From contig NZ_JAYKGW010000061.1 in assembly GCF_035285525.1 (NCBI RefSeq), positions 1 through 32,000 on the forward strand: a stretch of 32,000 nucleotides of DNA, given 5' to 3'. This stretch comes from Okeania sp. Its GTDB lineage: Bacteria; Cyanobacteriota; Cyanobacteriia; Cyanobacteriales; Microcoleaceae. A program made the position numbers and the translations under genes. Shown here in pieces: positions 26,228 through 32,000 of the stretch (position 1 is the first letter of the stretch; every line of letters begins with the position of its first letter). The notes under the pieces were generated by a model. It was not told the DNA's origin. It worked only from the letters and a program-made list of their open reading frames with translations, and did no database searches.

Positions 26228-26818
26228 TTAACCATCATCAACCACATCATCCATCTGAGAGAAAATTTTCTCCATCTCAATATTTGACTCCTCAATTTCA
26301 ACCTCTATAGAATCATAAGTTGGCTGAATTACAAAAGGTAAATTTGCTCCCATAAACCCTCTTTTAACCCTTTCTGGAGTTTCGGAAAATAAAACAAATA
26401 AAGGATAAATTTCTTCTGCTTCTTGATAATAAATATGTTTATAACCTTGAGGCATTACCCACTCATATTCTTTATCTAATAAAACCTGAGTTTCTCGCCA
26501 ACGAGTCAGTAAATCAGAAAAATCTTCTTGGGGTCGATAAATAAAAACAAAAATTTCTACCCCAGTCTTAACCTTCCATTCCGGGTCACACATAAAAATC
26601 CCTAAATCACAGGGTAAAGCCACAGTTTTTCTAGATTCATAACTATCTTTTCTTAACCGAATAATTGGCAAAGGAATAGTAATTAAACTATCTTTAGGCC
26701 GACGCAAACTTGGCACCATTTCTAAATACAATCTATATTGTTTAAGCAATGCAATAGCAGCTTTAGGATTACTATATTCAGCTAATAATGCTTCATAATC
26801 TGACTTTTTGACAACCAT
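26228..26818 (-). CDS. Hypothetical protein, unknown family, same strand as and downstream of pilC
   Basis: 196-aa ORF with ordinary amino-acid composition and an acidic C-terminal tail (…EIEESNIEMEKIFSQMDDVVDDG). No motif recognised. Confidence 0.6.
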   Translation of the reverse strand: MVVKKSDYEALLAEYSNPKAAIALLKQYRLYLEMVPSLRRPKDSLITIPLPIIRLRKDSYESRKTVALPCDLGIFMCDPEWKVKTGVEIFVFIYRPQEDFSDLLTRWRETQVLLDKEYEWVMPQGYKHIYYQEAEEIYPLFVLFSETPERVKRGFMGANLPFVIQPTYDSIEVEIEESNIEMEKIFSQMDDVVDDG

Positions 26819-27074
26819 AAATAAATTATATTAGGAAGTAGTTTAATAATGAATAATGAATAATTAATAATTAATAATTAGGGTTTGCGGAAAAAGTCTT
26901 TTTATTACGGTAGGGAGTAGGAAATAGGGAAAAAGTAAGAAGCAAGAAGAAAGAAGGAAGAGAGAAGAATAGAGCAAAGATATCTTATTTTGAATAACTC
27001 CATTTCCCTACTTCCCGACTCCCATACTTCTCCTGCTATCTGTTCCCTGTTCCCAGTTAAGTGTTCCCTTATTC

Positions 27075-28208
27075 CTAGAGACTTTCAAACACAGCAAACA
27101 TAGGTAAATACATAGACATCAAAATCGAACCTACCATTCCACCAATACCTACGATCATTAACGGTTCCAACATACTTGAGAGAGACTTCACAGCTTCCTC
27201 AACCTCAGTCTCATAAAAAGCTCCCACCTTCATCAACATCGCATCCAGTTCACCAGTTTCCTCACCAATAGCCATCATTTGAATTGCCAAAGAAGGGAAA
27301 ACCTGTTTCTCCTGTAAAGCCAAACTAATCATACCACCACTTTGGATTTCCTGTCTTGCATACTCAATAGACTGAGCGATCGCTTCATTCCCTGCCACAT
27401 TTCGCACAATTTCTAGAGATTTTAACATTGGAACTCCAGAACGAGTTAAGGTACCAAAAATCATACAAAAACGAGCTACTGCTGACTTCTCTAAAATATC
27501 TCCAAAAATAGGCAGCTTAAGAAAAATTTTGTCAAAAAATAGTCTACCTTGGTCTGTTTTATAAGCTGTTGAATAGGCAATATAAAGAGCAATAATTACT
27601 CCTATTACGGTTGCTTGAGGAATTGGAGGCCAAGTCCGACAGAATTTACTTATGTTCAACATAAATTTAGTAAAAGCAGGTAGTTCTGTACCAATCTGTT
27701 CAAAAATACCGGCAAAGGTTGGTAAGAGAAAGGTTGTCATTCCAAAAAAAACTGCTAAAGCGATAAACATAACGGTTTTCGGATAAGACATTGCGGAATT
27801 AATTTCACTGATTGTTTTAGCGTTTTTTTCTAACATAACTGCTAAACGATCTAGAACTTCATCTAGTACACCACCGACTTCTCCAGCAGCTACCATACTG
27901 ATAAATAGTTCATCAAAACAAGCGGTATGTTTTTTCATTGCTTCTGACAATTCGGTGCCTTCTTCTACTTCGGCACTAATCTCTCTAACGGAGACTTTAA
28001 TTTTAGCATTGGAAGTTTGTTCTGTTAAAACTCGTAAACAGCGAATCATGGGTACTCCAGCATTAAACATTGCGGCAAACTGGCGAGCAAAAATTGATAA
28101 GTCTTTGACTGTCACCGATGCCATAGCAACATTTATTTTTTCTTCTATTACCTCTAACTGTTTTTCTAAGTTACTTTTAGGTTTTTGATTAGCAATATTA
28201 CTAGCCAT
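27075..28208 (-). CDS. pilC: Type IV pilus assembly platform protein PilC (GspF family)
   Basis: 377-aa ORF with the duplicated GspF domain signature (F.RQ.A....AG.P....L..L and a second ...RF...L..L..SGVP....L) and three or more hydrophobic segments. The Shine-Dalgarno sequence aaggaag precedes the ATG. Confidence 0.9.
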   Translation of the reverse strand: MASNIANQKPKSNLEKQLEVIEEKINVAMASVTVKDLSIFARQFAAMFNAGVPMIRCLRVLTEQTSNAKIKVSVREISAEVEEGTELSEAMKKHTACFDELFISMVAAGEVGGVLDEVLDRLAVMLEKNAKTISEINSAMSYPKTVMFIALAVFFGMTTFLLPTFAGIFEQIGTELPAFTKFMLNISKFCRTWPPIPQATVIGVIIALYIAYSTAYKTDQGRLFFDKIFLKLPIFGDILEKSAVARFCMIFGTLTRSGVPMLKSLEIVRNVAGNEAIAQSIEYARQEIQSGGMISLALQEKQVFPSLAIQMMAIGEETGELDAMLMKVGAFYETEVEEAVKSLSSMLEPLMIVGIGGMVGSILMSMYLPMFAVFESL

Positions 28209-28233
28209 TTTTTTCTTCCTTTTTAATAAATTA

Positions 28234-28265
28234 GGGAGTAGGGAGTAGGGGAGTAGGGGAGTAGG
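28234..28265. repeat. gggagta heptamer array (4.5 units) forming a canonical G-quadruplex motif on the plus strand
   Basis: gggagtagggagtaggggagtaggggagtagg starts 25 nt upstream of the pilC start codon (28208). Confidence 0.9.
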
Positions 28266-28349
28266 AAATAAAATAATTTAGAGGAATAAAGTTCTTAAAA
28301 ATAAGAGTAAGCATTCAACTATATTCCATTCATTACCGAATAATTAATT

Positions 28350-28505
28350 CAGGACTTACGCATTAACGCTATTAGTAGTGTGTGTTTTGCCTTCCGCAAA
28401 GCTCCGCTTTATATGTCGGCTCAAGCGCCGAAACGCTACGCGACATGTAAAGCGTATCTCGTAACGCACCAATACGCTATATATAGTACCTTTGCGTAAG
28501 TCCTG
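28350..28505. repeat. Dispersed element family E with 13-bp perfect inverted termini caggacttacgca / tgcgtaagtcctg
   Basis: Termini read directly at 28350-28362 and 28493-28505, with a GC-rich interior. Shorter degenerate relatives lie at about 28673-28736 and 30596-30677. Confidence 0.8.
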
Positions 28506-28839
28506 TAATTATTAATAATTAAGAGTTGATAGTCAATAATTATTCATTCAACAATTCACGCCTAGAACCCAGACCAAGGATTGGGGATAAATCTTCATGA
28601 TTAGTCCATCCCCTTCTTTAAAGAAAAAGTAGTTATTAATTATTAATTGTTCATTATTAATTGCTGAAAGGACTTACTTAGAGTTACTAACTATATATAT
28701 AGTTTTGGAAACTATATTTAGGGTATATATGTAAGTCATAAATTAATAATTAAATAATTCAAGCTAAAAGCTTTACTTTTCAAGGGAAAAAATTTATTTT
28801 TGCCCTTCAGGATAAATCCTCTCACTTTTAGGGAAAAGT

Positions 28840-29106
28840 AATTAGGGTTTGCTGATTAAATCTCGCTTGGATTTCCAGATAAAGGTTCAAGCTTTTTTCC
28901 GGTCGAAAAAGTACCTGGTTTTCAGTCCCAAATGCTGAAAAAGTAAGTATTTTGGGAAGACAAGGGTGGAAAAATTAAGGAAAAATTCTTACTTTTATCT
29001 CCTCGCTCATTCTCCATTTATCCTGATTTCCCCTCCACCAGAGGTGTTAGGGGTAGGTTAACTCCTGACTCCTACCAGTTAATACTTTATTCAGCAAACC
29101 CTAATT
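28840..29106 (+). mobile_element. 267-bp MITE-like element family A with perfect 16-bp TIRs aattagggtttgctga / tcagcaaaccctaatt
   Basis: TIRs read directly at 28840-28855 and 29091-29106, inside the pilT-pilC spacer. Confidence 0.85.
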
Positions 29107-29149
29107 ATTCATTATTAATTATCAATTATCCATTATCAATTATCCATTA

Positions 29150-30262
29150 TCAACGACCTTTACCCTTAGCCTTAGCATTAGCCTTAGTTTCCTTGGGTTC
29201 CGGACCAATCAAAGCAACTAATTCATCAGGCTTAACTGCTTTAGCAATAGCATTTCCCCAAGTAATCTTTCCTTCTTTATAAAGATTAGCCAAAGACATT
29301 TCCATAGTCTGCATTCCCAACTTAGCACCCATTTGAATTTGAGAATAAAGCTGAGAATTTTTCGACTCCCTAATTAAGTTAGCGATCGCTGGAGTATTCA
29401 ACAAAATCTCGTGAGCAGCACAACGACCTCCACCTACTTTCTTAATTAAGTTTTGACTACAAATACAAACGATGGAGTTAGCTAACTGTGACCTCATTTG
29501 CGGTTGTTGTTCTGGCGGAAAAACATCCAACATCCGGTCTACTGTACCTGATGCTGAGTTGGTGTGTAGTGTTCCAAATACTAAGTGACCTGTTTCTGCT
29601 GCACTACAAGCTAAACCAATAGTTTCCAAGTCCCGCATTTCTCCTACTAGAATAATATCAGGGTCTTGACGCAACGCTCCTTTGAGAGCATTAGCAAAAC
29701 TTTTGGTATCTTCGCCTTTTTGTCGTTGGTGAAACAAACTTTTTTCATTAGGAAACACATATTCGATAGGGTCTTCGACGGTTAGAATATGCTCAGTACG
29801 AGTACGGTTAATCAAGTCGATCAAAGCAGCCATCGTAGTTGTTTTACCAGAACCTGTTTGCCCAGTCACCAAGAACAAACCCCTAGGTCGCTCGGTCATT
29901 TCCCGTAAAATCATCGGTACCCCTAATTTATCTGCATTAGGAATTTTAGAGGCTAAAGCACGCATACAAGCTGCCCAACTTCCGCGCTCCCGATAAACAT
30001 TGAGACGAAAACGAGCTAAACCTTTAACACCATAAGCGCTATCAAGTTCCCAGTTTTGCTCTAAGGTTTTCCGCTGCATATTATTGAGCATTTGGAAAAT
30101 GAGGGTTTGTACTTCTATTGGTTCCATATTTTCCCCAAATTGAGGTTGAGGAGTCAACTGACCGCTAATACGGAAAAAAATCGGCGCTCTTGCTTGAATA
30201 TGAACATCAGAACCACCTTGTTCTACTAGGGATTCTAAAACATCCTCAATCATTAAAGACAT
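29150..30262 (-). CDS. pilT: Type IV pilus retraction ATPase PilT
   Basis: 370-aa ORF with Walker A GQTGSGKTT, Asp box/Walker B PDIILVGEMRD, His box GHLVFGTLHT, and the PilT-specific AIANLIRE(S)K motif. The Shine-Dalgarno sequence ggagg precedes the ATG. Confidence 0.95.
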   Translation of the reverse strand: MSLMIEDVLESLVEQGGSDVHIQARAPIFFRISGQLTPQPQFGENMEPIEVQTLIFQMLNNMQRKTLEQNWELDSAYGVKGLARFRLNVYRERGSWAACMRALASKIPNADKLGVPMILREMTERPRGLFLVTGQTGSGKTTTMAALIDLINRTRTEHILTVEDPIEYVFPNEKSLFHQRQKGEDTKSFANALKGALRQDPDIILVGEMRDLETIGLACSAAETGHLVFGTLHTNSASGTVDRMLDVFPPEQQPQMRSQLANSIVCICSQNLIKKVGGGRCAAHEILLNTPAIANLIRESKNSQLYSQIQMGAKLGMQTMEMSLANLYKEGKITWGNAIAKAVKPDELVALIGPEPKETKANAKAKGKGR

Positions 30263-30293
30263 AAATTAAACCTCCGCTTTATTCAGTTAAATA

Positions 30294-30326
30294 GGGAGTA
30301 GGGAGTAGGGGAGTAGGGAGTAGGGA
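30294..30326. repeat. gggagta heptamer array (about 5 units) forming a G-quadruplex motif on the plus strand
   Basis: gggagtagggagtaggggagtagggagtaggg starts 31 nt upstream of the pilT start codon (30262) and is followed by an agttatc-type array. Confidence 0.9.
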
Positions 30327-30839
30327 ACAGTTATCAGCTATTAGTTATCAGTAAAACATTAACTCATACCAATTCCCATCCATTATTGCTATACTTGATG
30401 AATACTTCAGTTATCAAGTAATTAGGACAAACCAAGTTATTTTTTGCCAATTTCGGATAGGTTAATGTTAATTTTTATGATGCTTACTTCTCCCCCACTC
30501 CCTTACTCCCCTATGGACGTTGCATAACAAAAATGCTAACATCCCTACCCTGCTCAATCAAATGTAGAAAAGTTTTTGAGTATTTGGTATTAGCGGGACT
30601 TACACAAAAAAGTAGCAATAAATAGGCTCAAATATAGATATCCAGAGGCTTTTACGTCGAAAATGTATAGTCCTTTTATTACCAAGGGTTCTAGACATTT
30701 TTAGAGCTTTGACGTAATTCTCTTACCTAGACTGACTTTGAAGCATTTTTCTGCCCACAAAATGTGTAAGATTTTTCAGTTATCAGTTCCTCCCCACATT
30801 CCCGACACTCCCCACACTCCCCACACCTCCCAAACTCTC

Positions 30840-32000
30840 CTACTCAAAACGAGGGGTGGTACAATAAGGACAGTCTACCCACTCTGGTTGCAATTCAGCG
30901 TTACAAGACCTACATATCAGATTTTCTCTAGCTTGGCGTTTCATTTCTGCCTCTAAACCAGAATCAGTAAATGTTACCCGTTCCACCTCCTCAAAAGTTG
31001 TATGACCTTCTCGTACCAAATTCAAACTATACTGCAATAGAGGAATCATTCCCTCTTCTACCGCAACTTCCTTAATTTGTTCTGTTGGCGCTCTTTGAGT
31101 AATTAAAGTTTGTAACCGCTCCGTAATTTTCATAAATTCATAAACACCAACACGACCTTTATAACCAAGACCATTACACTTGCGACATAATTCTCCCCTT
31201 TCCTTTAAATCTTCCCGTTGTTCAACTGGTATAGTATTTGCCCTATAGTATGTAAACTCCTCCTCCTGAGAAGGAACCATACCATAACGACGAAACTCAT
31301 CAGGTTCAGGTTTATACTTAGCTTTGCATTGACTGCAAACCCGACGCATCAGACGTTGTGCCACCACACCTAACAAGGCTGCTGAAACCATGAAAGATTC
31401 TACTCCCATTTCATCAAGACGAGCGATCGCCCCCGCAGCATCATTAGTATGGAGGGTTGTTAAAACTAAGTGACCAGTTAAGGCGGCTTCAATGGCTGTT
31501 TTTGCCGTTTCCTTATCTCGCGTTTCTCCCACTAGCAAAACGTCAGGGTCTTGTCGGAGAAAGGCGCGGAGGATACTGGCAAAGGTTAAGTCTTTTTCCC
31601 GAATTACTTGACATTGAGTAATTCCTGGTAAGGCATATTCAATGGGGTCTTCTGCGGTACTAATATTAATACCAGGGTCATTTCGTTCTGCCAAAATCGA
31701 ATATAGAGAGGTAGATTTACCAGAACCAGTTGGCCCCGTCACTAGAATTAATCCAAATGGACGACTAGCAGTTTCCCTCACGAGTTCCAAAGTTGGTTTA
31801 TGTGAAATTAATTTATCTAATCCCAGTTGGGTACTAGAGCTATCCAAAATCCGCAAAACTATTTTTTCACCATACCGACTTGGTAAACTATTTACTCGGA
31901 AGTCAATTGTACGTCCCTTAAATATTTTGCGGATACGACCATCTTGTGCTTGCCGTCGTTCAGCAATGTCTAAATTTGCAATAATTTTAAATCGGGAAGT
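30840..32000 (-). CDS. pilB: Type IV pilus assembly ATPase PilB (GspE family), N-terminally truncated by the window edge
   Basis: The reading frame is open to position 32000 (…RFKIIANLDIAERRQAQDGRIR…SLPSRYGEKIVLRILD). It has Walker A GPTGSGKST, PDVLLVGETRD, GHLVLTTLHTN and the tetracysteine CSQC…CRKC, plus an extra C-terminal CRSC…CPYC. Confidence 0.95.
   Translation of the reverse strand, partial: TSRFKIIANLDIAERRQAQDGRIRKIFKGRTIDFRVNSLPSRYGEKIVLRILDSSSTQLGLDKLISHKPTLELVRETASRPFGLILVTGPTGSGKSTSLYSILAERNDPGINISTAEDPIEYALPGITQCQVIREKDLTFASILRAFLRQDPDVLLVGETRDKETAKTAIEAALTGHLVLTTLHTNDAAGAIARLDEMGVESFMVSAALLGVVAQRLMRRVCSQCKAKYKPEPDEFRRYGMVPSQEEEFTYYRANTIPVEQREDLKERGELCRKCNGLGYKGRVGVYEFMKITERLQTLITQRAPTEQIKEVAVEEGMIPLLQYSLNLVREGHTTFEEVERVTFTDSGLEAEMKRQARENLICRSCNAELQPEWVDCPYCTTPRFE

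Overview
This is an AT-rich chromosomal window that looks cyanobacterial. By my reading it carries at least 14 copies of the HIP1 octamer GCGATCGC, psaK, an HLIP gene and many heptameric STRR-type arrays. The low coding density and repeat load resemble Trichodesmium-like filamentous cyanobacteria, but that attribution is inference only.

About half the window (~15.8 kb by my own feature list) is intact coding sequence:
- rsmI, two small conserved proteins, a YciI-like protein and a 2H-phosphoesterase
- an HLIP gene that is missing from the ORF track, and a DUF3611-like membrane protein
- HU, cobD, a divergent flavoprotein oxidoreductase, smpB and a membrane-anchored hypothetical
- a Ski2/HelY-type helicase, psaK and an HTH protein
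- an amidase-like CN-hydrolase with substituted catalytic residues
- a type IV pilus pilB-pilT-pilC cluster followed by an unknown 196-aa ORF

An SRP RNA is recognisable on the minus strand. The remainder consists of two decayed IS elements (ISAs1-like and IS1-like), an aldehyde dehydrogenase pseudogene, at least five MITE-like or dispersed repeat families, four tandem-duplication arrays and numerous heptamer arrays.

I found no CRISPR array, no defence island and no convincing novel multi-gene system. The most unusual items are:
- a 536-bp tandem array (6650-7895) carrying a conserved micro-ORF and hairpins
- G-quadruplex-capable heptamer arrays placed just upstream of the pilT and pilC start codons, inside a repeat-invaded pil cluster
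- the amidase-like protein with K->R, C->S and E->D at catalytic positions, next to a dead ALDH
- a GC-rich candidate structured RNA at 9163-9296

All homology statements come from motif recognition by eye. No searches were run.
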